Positions 1 through 9,349 of a stretch of DNA of 64,000 nt are shown piece by piece. Positions within the stretch are counted from its first letter, which is position 1. Every line of letters begins with the position of its first letter. The stretch is taken from the NCBI GenBank assembly GCA_963766735.1, contig CAVYBU010000017.1, positions 96,001 through 160,000 of the forward strand, written 5' to 3'. A model generated the notes under the pieces. That model worked only from the letters and a program-made list of their open reading frames with translations, made no database searches and was not told where the DNA came from. Position numbers and translations under genes: made by a program. Source of the DNA: an uncultured Chloroflexia bacterium (GTDB lineage Bacteria; Chloroflexota; Limnocylindria; Limnocylindrales; CSP1-4).

Positions 1-1227
1 CCAGAACGGGAAGGCCTTCGTGTGGGGATTGTCGACCCGGAAGACCCGCACCCCCTCCGCTATCCAGTGGCGGAACACGCCCTCGAGGTAGGTCCACAGG
101 CCCGGCCAGTCCTCGGACTCGAAGTCGAACGGGTAGATGTCCTGGTACTTCTTGGGCGGGTTCTCCGCGTACTGGACGGTGCCGTCCGGGCGCTGCCGGA
201 ACCACGTCGGGTGCTCCCTGACGGCAGGGTGATCCGGGGACGCCTGGAATGCGATGTCGAGAGCGATCGCGACACCCATTCCATTCGCTGCCTGGACGAG
301 CGCCCGGAAGTCCTCCGGCGTGCCGAGCTCGGGATGAATGGCCTCGTGGCCGCCTTCATCCGATCCGATTGCCCAGGGGACGCCGGGATCGTGCGGGGCA
401 CACTCGGTGGTGTTGTCGGGTCCCTTGCGGAACGTCCGGCCGATGGGATGGACCGGCGGCAGGTAGAGCACGTCGAAGCCGAGGCCGGCGACGTACGGCA
501 GGCGGGCGATGACGTCGCGAAACGTCCCGTGACGATCGGGATCGGGCGATGCCGACCGCGGGAACAGCTCGTACCAGGTCGAGAAGCGGGCCAGCTTCGG
601 CTCCACGACGAGCTCCAGGACAGGCTCCTGCACGGTCTCGTGGGTGCGATCGGCGTGGCGCGTCATCAGCCCGTCGAGGGTCTCGTCCAGGGCGCCGTCG
701 GCAGGATCGCCAGCGGCTCGCCCGGAACGCAGGCGTCCTGCCCACCCGGCGAGGGACCGGGCATCGGACGCGTCACCGCTCGCCCTGGCACGCGTGACGG
801 CGCCGTCCACGAGGGCTGCCCCGATCCGCAGGTCGACCCCGATGTCCTGGTCCGCGTCGATCCGCTTGCGGAGATCGCGGCGCCAGGTTGCCCAGGCATC
901 GGTCCAGGCGGCGACGGTGAACGCGTGGCGTCCCAGCTCCTCCACCTCGAAGGCGGCACGCCAGCGGTCGTTGCCCAGCTCCTCCATCGCCAGCTCGGTC
1001 CACTCCTCCTGGCCTGCGGGTCGATGGCGGAGCCTGACGCTCACGACGTCGTGGCCGTCGGCAAACGCGTCAGCCTCGACGACGATCGTGTCGCCGATGA
1101 CGCGCTTCGCGGGGAAGCGGCCTGCGTCCACCTGCGGGGTGATCGCCTCGATCACCGCGCGCCGGCGGCCGTCGGAGGGCATGTCCGGCGAAACGACAGG
1201 CGCGGTGTCCGGGACGGGATGAGTCAC
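1..1227 (-). CDS. glgE: Alpha-1,4-glucan:maltose-1-phosphate maltosyltransferase GlgE (GH13_3); 3' end lies outside the window
   Basis: Not in the ORF track. Minus frame from GTG at 1227 (CAGGAG RBS upstream) reads MTHPVPD...RRRAVIEAITPQVDAGRFPAKRVIGD...ADAFADGHD, and at the window edge reads the catalytic motif GVRVFRVDNPHTKAFPFW. The + ORF 22..1479 is its antisense shadow. Confidence 0.93.
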   Translation of the reverse strand, partial: MTHPVPDTAPVVSPDMPSDGRRRAVIEAITPQVDAGRFPAKRVIGDTIVVEADAFADGHDVVSVRLRHRPAGQEEWTELAMEELGNDRWRAAFEVEELGRHAFTVAAWTDAWATWRRDLRKRIDADQDIGVDLRIGAALVDGAVTRARASGDASDARSLAGWAGRLRSGRAAGDPADGALDETLDGLMTRHADRTHETVQEPVLELVVEPKLARFSTWYELFPRSASPDPDRHGTFRDVIARLPYVAGLGFDVLYLPPVHPIGRTFRKGPDNTTECAPHDPGVPWAIGSDEGGHEAIHPELGTPEDFRALVQAANGMGVAIALDIAFQASPDHPAVREHPTWFRQRPDGTVQYAENPPKKYQDIYPFDFESEDWPGLWTYLEGVFRHWIAEGVRVFRVDNPHTKAFPFW

Positions 1228-1409
1228 GCGCTCCTGACTGGGGATGAGACCTCCCTGGACTGTCCGATGGGATGCGCACCGAACCGAGGCGGGGTCCGGT
1301 CTGCGGCGTCGCATGACCCTAGGCCACGTTCACCGGGGGTGTCAAACGTCCCTCCCGCGGCGGGGGATGCAGTCCGCGTGAACTGCAACAGGCAGTGGGG
1401 CGGCGGCCG

Positions 1410-2450
1410 TCACCGTGCCGTGTCGATGCGCTCGAGCGCGCGGCGCAGCATCTCCAGTCCCGCCGGGTCGAACTCGTAGCTCCACTCGCGCAGGCGCTTC
1501 GGCCGGTCGAACCGCGCTTCCAGGCCCAGCGCGATCGCCTCGCGCGACATGAGGACCAGGTCCGCCACGCGGTTCACCTCCTCCAGCTCGGGCCCCGTCT
1601 CGGCGACGGCCGAGACGATCTCGACGTCCGAGGCGCCCGCGAGCTGCAGGGCCTCTGCGATGTTCTGCACGCCACGCTGGGAGCCACAGACGACGCCCAC
1701 CCGGGACCCGGACGGCAGGCCGGTGATCTCGTGGATGAGCGACATGTACCCGGTGCCCACGAGCATTGCGACCACGGGCACGCGGCCGGCGACGTAGGCC
1801 TGGGCCTCATCGGCGTGGAACGTGGTGGTGGCGACGAGATCGTAGTGGTAGCGGTCGAGGCGCTCCGACAGCTCGTCCAGGATCACCGGGATCACCTCGA
1901 TCCGCTCGGGGAACGCCTCCGAGATCCGCCCCGCGTCCGCGTTCGCGTCCGCCGTGGTGCACTCCGCGAACAGGACGCGGATGTGGGGTCCGGGGCGCTT
2001 GCGCTCCGTGGCCGCCGTGAACGTGGCCTGGGCCACCTCGTCCGGGGTGAACCCCAGCTGGGCCGCCCGGCGCAGCGTCTCCGCCACGATGCCGGCCAGC
2101 GCCTCCGCTCCGCGCCTGACCGGCGGCCGATCCACGACACGCGTTCCCGCCCCGTGCCGCCCCACCACGTAGCCCGCGTCCGCCAGGCGCCGGTAGACCG
2201 CCCGCACGGTGTTGGGGTTGACGCGCAGGGCTGCACCCAGCTCACGCACCGGTGGCAGGCGCGTACCCGGCTGCAGGCGTCCCGACTCGATCTGGAACGC
2301 GAGCTGCCAGTAGATCTGCGTGGAGATGGGGACATCGGAGTCCCGCTCGATGTCGAGCTCGTGACTCCCGGCAGGTTCAGGTCCCGAAACGGAGGGTCTC
2401 TCGACAGGCCGTTCGGCGGGCGGGACAGGGTCGTTCCGGCTCGTTGACAT
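1410..2450 (-). CDS. GntR family transcriptional regulator with long C-terminal domain (PlmA-like)
   Basis: wHTH signature VPISTQIYWQL...GTRLPPVRELGAALRVNPNTVRAVYRRL...GAGTRV followed by about 230 aa of alpha/beta effector domain. Start placed at ATG 2450. Confidence 0.85.
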   Translation of the reverse strand: MSTSRNDPVPPAERPVERPSVSGPEPAGSHELDIERDSDVPISTQIYWQLAFQIESGRLQPGTRLPPVRELGAALRVNPNTVRAVYRRLADAGYVVGRHGAGTRVVDRPPVRRGAEALAGIVAETLRRAAQLGFTPDEVAQATFTAATERKRPGPHIRVLFAECTTADANADAGRISEAFPERIEVIPVILDELSERLDRYHYDLVATTTFHADEAQAYVAGRVPVVAMLVGTGYMSLIHEITGLPSGSRVGVVCGSQRGVQNIAEALQLAGASDVEIVSAVAETGPELEEVNRVADLVLMSREAIALGLEARFDRPKRLREWSYEFDPAGLEMLRRALERIDTAR

Positions 2451-2486
2451 AGCGGAGTAGTCCAATTATCGTTTGCCTTGGCCTAG

Positions 2487-2499
2487 TTGAATATATCAA
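2487..2499. promoter_or_regulatory. Imperfect palindrome TTGA-ATATA-TCAA in an AT-rich divergent intergenic region; candidate operator of the GntR regulator
   Basis: AT-rich island at 2455-2500 between divergent starts; inverted repeat TTGA/TCAA. Confidence 0.35.
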
Positions 2500-2532
2500 T
2501 CACCCACGCACATCCGGAAACGAGCGACCGCG

Positions 2533-2673
2533 GTGGAGTTCCTCCTCCTCTCCCTGAGCCTGATGATCCTCGGTGTCTTTGCCGTCACCGCCGGCGAGTT
2601 GGGCGTTGATCCCCGCGACCTGAACGACAGCCCGCATCGGCCGCTCTACCCCATCGAGATGTCCCTGAGCTGA
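2533..2673 (+). CDS. Small single-TM membrane peptide, 46 aa (MEFLLLSLSLMILGVFAVTAGELGVDPRDLNDSPHRPLYPIEMSLS)
   Basis: Below the ORF-track cutoff. GTG start, TGA at 2671-2673, GC-ending codons, hydrophobic N-terminus followed by GVDPRD. Confidence 0.6.
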   Translation: MEFLLLSLSLMILGVFAVTAGELGVDPRDLNDSPHRPLYPIEMSLS

Positions 2674-2689
2674 ACCCCCCAACGTCTGC

Positions 2690-2756
2690 GGGCGCCGAAC
2701 CCTCCCCCTCCTTCCGGCGCCCATCCTCCGACCCCCGGCTCACCCCCGGGGGTCGC
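2690..2756 (+). ncRNA. 6C-RNA-like tandem hairpins with C-rich loops (may also act as a terminator)
   Basis: Hairpin 1: GGGCGCCG/CGGCGCCC around CCCTCCCCCTCC. Hairpin 2: perfect 10-bp CGACCCCCGG/CCGGGGGTCG (2729-2755) with loop CTCACCC. Confidence 0.5.
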
Positions 2757-2814
2757 TGGTTCTCCGGGCCCCTGAGCGGTCGGTCGTCGTCCCCGGCGTG
2801 GCGGCCGGAGGTGC

Positions 2815-4989
2815 TCACGCCGGGACGGTGCCCTCGGCGGCAGCGTGATCCCTGGTCACGGCCGCCACCTGGTGAAGCGAGACCCTGCGCGTCTCGCCGG
2901 GAGTCAGGGTGACGGGCCACGAGACCAGCAGCGCGCTGCCCTGATACACCCGCTCGAAGCCCGACTCGGAGTTGGAGACCGTCTCGATGGGGCTCCACCA
3001 GGCGTCTGCGACGGGCTCCGCCGTGGCCGTCACCTCGACGCCCACCCAGTCGTTGCCATATCTGAGGGTGGAGATCCCGGAGGCCTTCCCCGCTCCGTCG
3101 TGAGGCGACCGGCGACCCGCGACGTCGTACCACGCCGACGGGTTGCCGCCGCCACCCAGCAGCTGGAGCGAGAGCTCCAGGCCAAGCCGCGTCTCGACGG
3201 GCTCGGTGCCGCGGTGCTCGATCACCAGCTCCAGGCCGAGCTCCGGGTCCAGGCGGCCGCCGCCGAGGCGCGTCGTGCGCCTGACCACGAACGGCTGACC
3301 ATCGACCATTCCCTCGCGTGTCAGGGTGATCAACCCCGGCTCGAGGTGGCTCACCGTGAACTCGCCGTCGCGGAAATCGCCCAGCTCGATCTCGCGGGCG
3401 GCCGCGACCGCGTCGGGCGTGGTGCCCGGCGCCAGGAACCGGATGAGGCCGAGGCGGCGCTCGTGGTCGTCGTAGCGGAGCACGCCGGCGAGGCCCTCCT
3501 CCTTGACCGTCACGGCGTCGTGGATCGAGGCGGGCGCGTACATACCGGCCGCCGGCGCCCCCACCTCGGAACCCTCTGCCGCGGAGCCAACGGCCTCGCG
3601 GGCGCGCAGGGTCTCGTGATAGGCCTCGGGGCGGCGCCGGAGCACGGCCGCCAGGGCGTGGCGGGCGGCCCGGATGTCCCAGCTGCCCACGCCGCCACCC
3701 TCGGCTGGCTTGACCGTCACGACCTGCCCACGCTCCGAGAGGATCGCCTCGGGCCGTCCGTCCATGTCCAGGTCCAGCGTCTCGGCCGTCCGCGGCCACC
3801 CGGCCAGGCCGTCGGCGGCGTCCTCGGCGGCCACGAGGTGCTCGTACGTGGCCAGGCGCAGGTGCGAGATGTAGATACCGCCGAACAGCCCGTGCCAGTA
3901 GCAGTCGTTGGACTGGCCGCGGTGGAGATGGTCGACGGCTGCCGCCTTCGCCGCGCCCTGGGGCATCGCCGCCACCTTGCCCGACGCCCGCAGCATCTGC
4001 TTGTGGAGGTCGTTGACCTCGCGGTACTTCACCTGGAAGTTCCGCCAGAACCCGCCCCGCAGCCAGCGTGCCTCGGGCCGGTGCCCGGCCACGGCGTCGT
4101 GGAACAGGGGCCCGAAGACCGCCATCTCGTCCGGCGGCAGGGCCCACTCGCCCATCTCGGCGTAGGAAGAGGTCGGCAGATACACGCGACCGATCGGCGG
4201 CTGGGTCTCCAGCCACCGTGAGGGCGTGACGGTGGACAGCCAGCCCTCGTTGGCCTCGAGCTCCTCGAAGAAATGCTCGACCCAGCGTCCGGGCCCCCAG
4301 CAGTGCTCCCAGGTGGTGGGCCAGGCGCCGAACTTCTCGCCGTCGTCGCCCATCATCCCCACGCGATCGCCCGCCTCCGTGGCGTGGTCGCGGAGGTAGC
4401 CGATGACCTCCTCCACCGGCCTGAACGGGATCCGGTAGCGGAGGCCCTGCTCGGTGCCGAAGACCGTGAGCAGGTTGCCCTGGTCCTCTGTCGTGTAGGC
4501 GCCCCAGAGGTTCTCCTCGGGGATGGCCGCGGCACGGAAGTGCTGATCGTCGAGGATGGTCCAGCGATAGCCTGCGGCGGCGAGCGAGGTGGGCAGGTCG
4601 GGTTCCCAGACGCGCTCGGCCAGCCAGGCACCCTGCGGTCGGTGGCCGGTGATGCCCTCGATCGTCGAGCCCATGCGGCGCAGCTGGTCGATACGATCGT
4701 GCTCCGGGAGCGAGGCAAGGATCGGCTCGTAGAGGCCACCGCCAAGGAGCTCGACCTGCCGGCTGGCGACCAGCGCACCGAGCCGGACCAGGAATTCCGG
4801 ATGCTCAGCCGTCAGCCATTCGAGCAGGGGGCCCGTGTAGTGGAGCGAGAGGTGGACGCCGGGATGCCGCTCGAGCGCCTGCAGCATCGGCAGGTAGGCT
4901 CGGTCGTAGACCTCGGCAAACACCCATCCGAAGTTGCCGACTGGCTGGTGATTGTGAATGGCCAGGGCCAGCGAGATCCGGGGAGCCAA
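2815..4989 (-). CDS. GH57 alpha-amylase / 4-alpha-glucanotransferase (DUF1925/DUF1926 type)
   Basis: HNHQPVGNF, WLAERVWEP (nucleophile Glu), GDDGEKFG, SSYAEMGEW, QSNDCYWHG, SESGFERVYQG. Confidence 0.92.
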   Translation of the reverse strand: MAPRISLALAIHNHQPVGNFGWVFAEVYDRAYLPMLQALERHPGVHLSLHYTGPLLEWLTAEHPEFLVRLGALVASRQVELLGGGLYEPILASLPEHDRIDQLRRMGSTIEGITGHRPQGAWLAERVWEPDLPTSLAAAGYRWTILDDQHFRAAAIPEENLWGAYTTEDQGNLLTVFGTEQGLRYRIPFRPVEEVIGYLRDHATEAGDRVGMMGDDGEKFGAWPTTWEHCWGPGRWVEHFFEELEANEGWLSTVTPSRWLETQPPIGRVYLPTSSYAEMGEWALPPDEMAVFGPLFHDAVAGHRPEARWLRGGFWRNFQVKYREVNDLHKQMLRASGKVAAMPQGAAKAAAVDHLHRGQSNDCYWHGLFGGIYISHLRLATYEHLVAAEDAADGLAGWPRTAETLDLDMDGRPEAILSERGQVVTVKPAEGGGVGSWDIRAARHALAAVLRRRPEAYHETLRAREAVGSAAEGSEVGAPAAGMYAPASIHDAVTVKEEGLAGVLRYDDHERRLGLIRFLAPGTTPDAVAAAREIELGDFRDGEFTVSHLEPGLITLTREGMVDGQPFVVRRTTRLGGGRLDPELGLELVIEHRGTEPVETRLGLELSLQLLGGGGNPSAWYDVAGRRSPHDGAGKASGISTLRYGNDWVGVEVTATAEPVADAWWSPIETVSNSESGFERVYQGSALLVSWPVTLTPGETRRVSLHQVAAVTRDHAAAEGTVPA

Positions 4990-5045
4990 GGCTGCGGTCC
5001 TCTGGGTGGGGATGGCACATGGCGGGCGGTGGCCTGCCCGGGACC

Positions 5046-7235
5046 TCAGGTCGAGGCGGTGGGGCCCGGGGCATCCGGTGCCGCGCCCGAGGCTGGGAGA
5101 TAGAGCCGCTCGACGTACTCGTGGAGCATCCGGGTGGTCGAGAACCGCCAGATGGTGCTGGCGATCGAGTTCCGCATGAGCTGGAGGAAGCGCGTGGGCA
5201 GGCCCTCCTGGTCAAGGTCGTAGTAGGCCGGAATGAGCTCATCCTCGAGGATCCGGTACAGGTCCTGGGAGTCGGCCCAGTCCTGGGCGCTCTCGTCGGG
5301 GTTCGCGTCGCGTCCGCCGATGGCCCAGCCGTTGTCACCGGTCCAGCCCTCGTCCCACCAGCCGTCCAGCACGGACAGGTTGAGGACGCCGTTGGCGGCT
5401 GCCTTCATGCCCGACGTCCCGGAGGCTTCGAGCGGGCGTCGCGGGTTGTTGAGCCAGACATCCACGCCCCGCACGAGGAACCGGGCGATCCGGATGTCGT
5501 AGTCCTCCATGACGAACACCCGGCCGCGAAGCTCGGGGCTGCGCGATCGGCCGAAGATCTCCTGGATGACGCCCTGGCCAGGCCGGTCCGCGGGGTGGGC
5601 CTTGCCGGCGAAGATGATCTGCACGGGTCGGTCCGCGTCCCACACGATCCGGGCGAGCCGGTCCAGGTCCGAGAACAGGAGGGACGCTCGTTTGTAGGTG
5701 GCGAACCGCCGCGCAAAGCCGATGGTCAGGATCCCGGGGTCCAGGACCTCCTCGAGCTCCTCCAGCAGCCTCGGCGCCTCGCCGTGGCGGGCGAACTGGT
5801 TGCGCAGGCGACCGCGAGCGAAGATCGACAGCTCCTGCTTCTGGCGCTGATGGGCCGCCCAGAGGTCCAGGTCGGGCACCTGGTCGATGCGCTCCCAGAA
5901 CCGGCGCGACTCGGGCTGGTCATCCATGGTGTCGAGGTTGGCCTGCGTGTGGCGCTCCAGGACAGCACGCATCGGTTGGCCGACCCACGTCGGCGTGTGC
6001 ACGCCGTTGGTGAGCCCCAGGATCTCGTGCGGCATGACGCCCTGCCACGTTGCGTTGGCGGTGCGGCCGTGGAGCAGCGAGACGGCGTTGGCCCCCCTGG
6101 TCTGCCGGAGCGAGAACGCGGTCATGTCGAACTGGGACGCATTGCCGTCCACGCCCAGCCCCAGCTCCAGGACGTGGTCCAGGTCGATGCCTCCCGTGCC
6201 CGGCCGGCCATCGCCTTCGAACAGGGGGCCCGCCACCCGGCGGACGAGATCCGTGTCGAAGCGCTCGTTGCCGGCGGCGACCGGGGTGTGGATCGTGAAC
6301 ACGCTGCTGCTGCGGACCTCCGCCCAGGCGTCCTCCGTGGGCATGCCGCCGGCCACCAGCTCCCGCGTCCGCTCGGCCAGGAGGAAAGCGGAGTGACCTT
6401 CGTTGAGGTGCCAGACCGCTGGCGCCAGGTCCAGCGCGCGTAGCGCCCGGACGCCGCCCACGCCCAGGACCAGCTCCTGGTGGAGGCGCATCTCACGGCC
6501 GCGGACGTAGAGGATGTGGGTGATCGGGCGGTCCGAGTCGTCGTTGTCCGGCAGGTCCGTGTCCAGCAGCAGCACCGGCACGCGGCCGACCTGGGCCATC
6601 CAGACCGCAGCGTGGAGATCGCGGCCCGGCAGCTCCACCCGTACCGTGAGCGGGTCGCCCTGTCGGTCGAGCGCGCGCAGGATCGGCAGACGGCCGAGCT
6701 CGTAGTCCGGATAGGCATGCTCCTGGTGGCCGTCCGCATCGATCGTCTGGCGGAAGTACCCCTTGCGGTACATCAGCCCCACGCCGACGACCGGCATTGC
6801 CATGTCGGAGGCGGTCTTCATGTGGTCGCCCGCGAGGACGCCAAGACCCCCGGAGTAGATCCCCAGGGACTCGTGGAAGCCGTACTCGGCGCAGAAATAG
6901 GCGATAGGCCCGTCGAGGTCGCCCGCATGCCGGCGCTGGAACCAGTGGTCGCTGCCGTTGGACATGTAGGCGTCGAATTCCCGCAGGATCGACTCGTACT
7001 CCACCATGAACGCCGGGTTCTCGAGGAGCTGCCCCCAGGCGACCGGACCCGACAGCAGGGCGATCGGGTTGCGGTGGCGTGCCCAGGCTCCCGCGTCGAT
7101 GCGCGAGAACATGGTCCGTGCCCGCGGATGCCAGCACCACCACAGGTTGTACGCCAGACGGCGCAGTCCCTCCAGCTTGGGCGGCAGGCTGAAGGAGGCA
7201 CCCGGTGTGACCGGAACGTGGACGAGGGGTTCCAT
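5046..7235 (-). CDS. glgP: Alpha-glucan (glycogen) phosphorylase
   Basis: LAYNLWWCW, YSGGLGVLAGDH, ARRFATYKR, AGKAHPAD, EASGTSGMKAA (PLP Lys), DGWWDEG. Start trimmed to MEPLVH (7235). Confidence 0.95.
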   Translation of the reverse strand: MEPLVHVPVTPGASFSLPPKLEGLRRLAYNLWWCWHPRARTMFSRIDAGAWARHRNPIALLSGPVAWGQLLENPAFMVEYESILREFDAYMSNGSDHWFQRRHAGDLDGPIAYFCAEYGFHESLGIYSGGLGVLAGDHMKTASDMAMPVVGVGLMYRKGYFRQTIDADGHQEHAYPDYELGRLPILRALDRQGDPLTVRVELPGRDLHAAVWMAQVGRVPVLLLDTDLPDNDDSDRPITHILYVRGREMRLHQELVLGVGGVRALRALDLAPAVWHLNEGHSAFLLAERTRELVAGGMPTEDAWAEVRSSSVFTIHTPVAAGNERFDTDLVRRVAGPLFEGDGRPGTGGIDLDHVLELGLGVDGNASQFDMTAFSLRQTRGANAVSLLHGRTANATWQGVMPHEILGLTNGVHTPTWVGQPMRAVLERHTQANLDTMDDQPESRRFWERIDQVPDLDLWAAHQRQKQELSIFARGRLRNQFARHGEAPRLLEELEEVLDPGILTIGFARRFATYKRASLLFSDLDRLARIVWDADRPVQIIFAGKAHPADRPGQGVIQEIFGRSRSPELRGRVFVMEDYDIRIARFLVRGVDVWLNNPRRPLEASGTSGMKAAANGVLNLSVLDGWWDEGWTGDNGWAIGGRDANPDESAQDWADSQDLYRILEDELIPAYYDLDQEGLPTRFLQLMRNSIASTIWRFSTTRMLHEYVERLYLPASGAAPDAPGPTAST

Positions 7236-7361
7236 GAGCGGGACATGATAGCGGCATCTCTGCGGCCGGGAGCCGGTCTGGGCGCGCGGCCCGGCCAGGC
7301 ATGCCGCCTGCGGCCGCTGGACCTCCCGGCGGCGCCACTCCCGGCAGTACCCTTCGCCTGG

Positions 7362-8831
7362 ATGGCCATCCGAGTCGCGCTGCTCGCCGCGGAATGCGAG
7401 CCCTGGGCCAAGGTCGGTGGCCTGGCGGACGTCGTGGACGCGCTGGCGCGGGCGCTCGGCCGGTTGCCCGAGGCCGGGGCTGGGCTGCAGGCACCGGTGG
7501 ACGTGTTCCTGCCGCGCTACCGGTCGGTCCCGGTCCCGCCCGAGGCCGTCAGCGAGCCTCCCCTGGTTGTCCTCGATCCGAGGTCCGCGCGCCCCCTCCG
7601 GGCTGGCGTTGTGAACGTGATCGCGGACGGCTACCGGCTCCGGCTGGTGGATGTGCCCGCGGCCTTCGACCGTGGGACGATCTACGACCACCCGGACGAC
7701 GCCTGGCGGTTCGCCGTCTTCTGCCGCGTGGCGCTCGCTGCCCTCCGCCGAGACGGAACCCCCCTGGATGTGCTCCACGTCCACGACTGGCACACGGGTC
7801 CGGCGCTTCTTGATCGGGCCCGTGGGGAGGCGGCTGGCGACCCGTTCATGTCTGGCATGGCGGTGCTGGTCACGCTGCACAACCTGGCCTACCACGGCAA
7901 GGTGCGCGCCGCCGACATGGGCATGATCGGGCTGGCGCCCGGGGACCGGCTGGCCGGCTCGGACCCGGATCGCGTGGACCTGCTGCGTACCGCCATCGAG
8001 CGAGCGGACCTCGCGAACACGGTCTCGCCGGGCTTTGCCCGGGAGGCGCTGACCCCCGCGTTCGGGAGCGGCCTCGACGCAACGCTGCGCGCGATGGGCG
8101 ACCGGTTCTTCGGCATCCTCAACGACATCGACCCGGACGTCTGGAACCCGGCGACCGACGCCGCCCTTGCCGCGCCCTACGATGCCGCGAAGCCGTCCGG
8201 CAAGGTCGTCTGCCGCGCGGATCTGCTGGCGCGGGTCGGGTTTGACCCGGCCGATGACGGCGCCGTGCTGGGCATGATCGGGCGTCTGGATCCCCAGAAG
8301 GGTTTCGACCTCCTTGGCGATGGAGCACGGGATCTCCTCGCGGCCGGAGCCCGGATCATCGTCCAGGGCACCGGCCACGCGGCGCTGGCGGATCCATTCC
8401 GGGCGCTTGCCGCCGCCGATCCGGGTCGCGTTGCGCTCATCGAACGGTTCGACCGCGACATGGCCCGCCGTATCTATGCGGGCTCGGACCTGTTCCTGAT
8501 GCCGTCACGGTTCGAGCCGTGCGGCCAGGGGCAGATGATCGCGCTGCGGTACGGCACGCCGCCGGTGGTCCGTCGGACGGGCGGCCTCGCCGACAGCGTG
8601 GTGGACGTCGATGAGCGTCCCGGGGAGGGCACCGGGTTCATGTTCGACGAGGCCACGCCGGCGGCGCTGGTGGCAGCGGTCCTCCGGGCGAGCCGGCTGC
8701 GGGCGGCCGATCCTGCCGGCTGGGCCGACCTCCGAAGGCGGGGAATGGGCGTGGACTTCAACTGGGTTACAGGGTCCGCGCCTGCGTATCTCGAGGCCTA
8801 CCAGCGGGCGATCGAGATCCACCGCGGGTAG
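7362..8831 (+). CDS. glgA: Glycogen synthase (GT5)
   Basis: AECEPWAKVGGLADV (KxGGL), HVHDWH, TLHNLAYHG, RLDPQKGFD, PSRFEPCG, TGGLADSV. Confidence 0.93.
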   Translation: MAIRVALLAAECEPWAKVGGLADVVDALARALGRLPEAGAGLQAPVDVFLPRYRSVPVPPEAVSEPPLVVLDPRSARPLRAGVVNVIADGYRLRLVDVPAAFDRGTIYDHPDDAWRFAVFCRVALAALRRDGTPLDVLHVHDWHTGPALLDRARGEAAGDPFMSGMAVLVTLHNLAYHGKVRAADMGMIGLAPGDRLAGSDPDRVDLLRTAIERADLANTVSPGFAREALTPAFGSGLDATLRAMGDRFFGILNDIDPDVWNPATDAALAAPYDAAKPSGKVVCRADLLARVGFDPADDGAVLGMIGRLDPQKGFDLLGDGARDLLAAGARIIVQGTGHAALADPFRALAAADPGRVALIERFDRDMARRIYAGSDLFLMPSRFEPCGQGQMIALRYGTPPVVRRTGGLADSVVDVDERPGEGTGFMFDEATPAALVAAVLRASRLRAADPAGWADLRRRGMGVDFNWVTGSAPAYLEAYQRAIEIHRG

Positions 8832-8956
8832 GCAGCGCGAGAGGCACGGACGGCCTTGACCCGGCGCCCTCGACCCGATGGCCACCCGCGTGCGAGAATC
8901 GCCATTGCATTCCCGATCCCACCGCGGCCAGTCCAGCCGCCGCCCCGGAGGCCCCG

Positions 8957-9343
8957 ATGTCCAGGCAGTTCGTCGTCCAGGTCAGCAACCAGCCCGGCCA
9001 GATGGCCCGCCTCGCCGAGGAGATGGCGGCGGCCGGCGTCGACCTGCGCGCCATCGGCGGCGGTGGCCTGGGTGAGGTCGGCCACTTCATCATGACCACC
9101 GCGGATGACGATGGTGCCCGCGCGGTCCTCCAGGGGGGCGGCTGGACCTTCGTCGAGGGCGAGTCGCTCCTCGCCGAGGTGGACGATCGCCCGGGTGGCA
9201 TGGCCAGGATCGCCCGCGAGCTGGCGGACGCGGAGGTCAACGTCCTGGGCCACCTGTTCATCGGCCGCTGGAGCGACCGGGCCACGTTCGCGTTCATCGT
9301 GGACGACCCGGACAAGGCTCGCCCGATCCTCGAGCGCCGCTGA
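8957..9343 (+). CDS. Tandem ACT-domain protein
   Basis: Two ACT repeats, NQPGQMARL and DRPGGMARI; GGAGG RBS. Confidence 0.85.
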   Translation: MSRQFVVQVSNQPGQMARLAEEMAAAGVDLRAIGGGGLGEVGHFIMTTADDDGARAVLQGGGWTFVEGESLLAEVDDRPGGMARIARELADAEVNVLGHLFIGRWSDRATFAFIVDDPDKARPILERR

Positions 9344-9349
9344 CCCCCG

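Noticed and set aside
22-1479. 485-aa + strand ORF
   Set aside because: Antisense shadow of glgE; the minus frame carries the GlgE motifs.
7236-8378. N-terminal extension of GlgP overlapping glgA (and the reciprocal extension of GlgA from 6480)
   Set aside because: Mutual antisense read-through; homology begins at 7235 and 7362.
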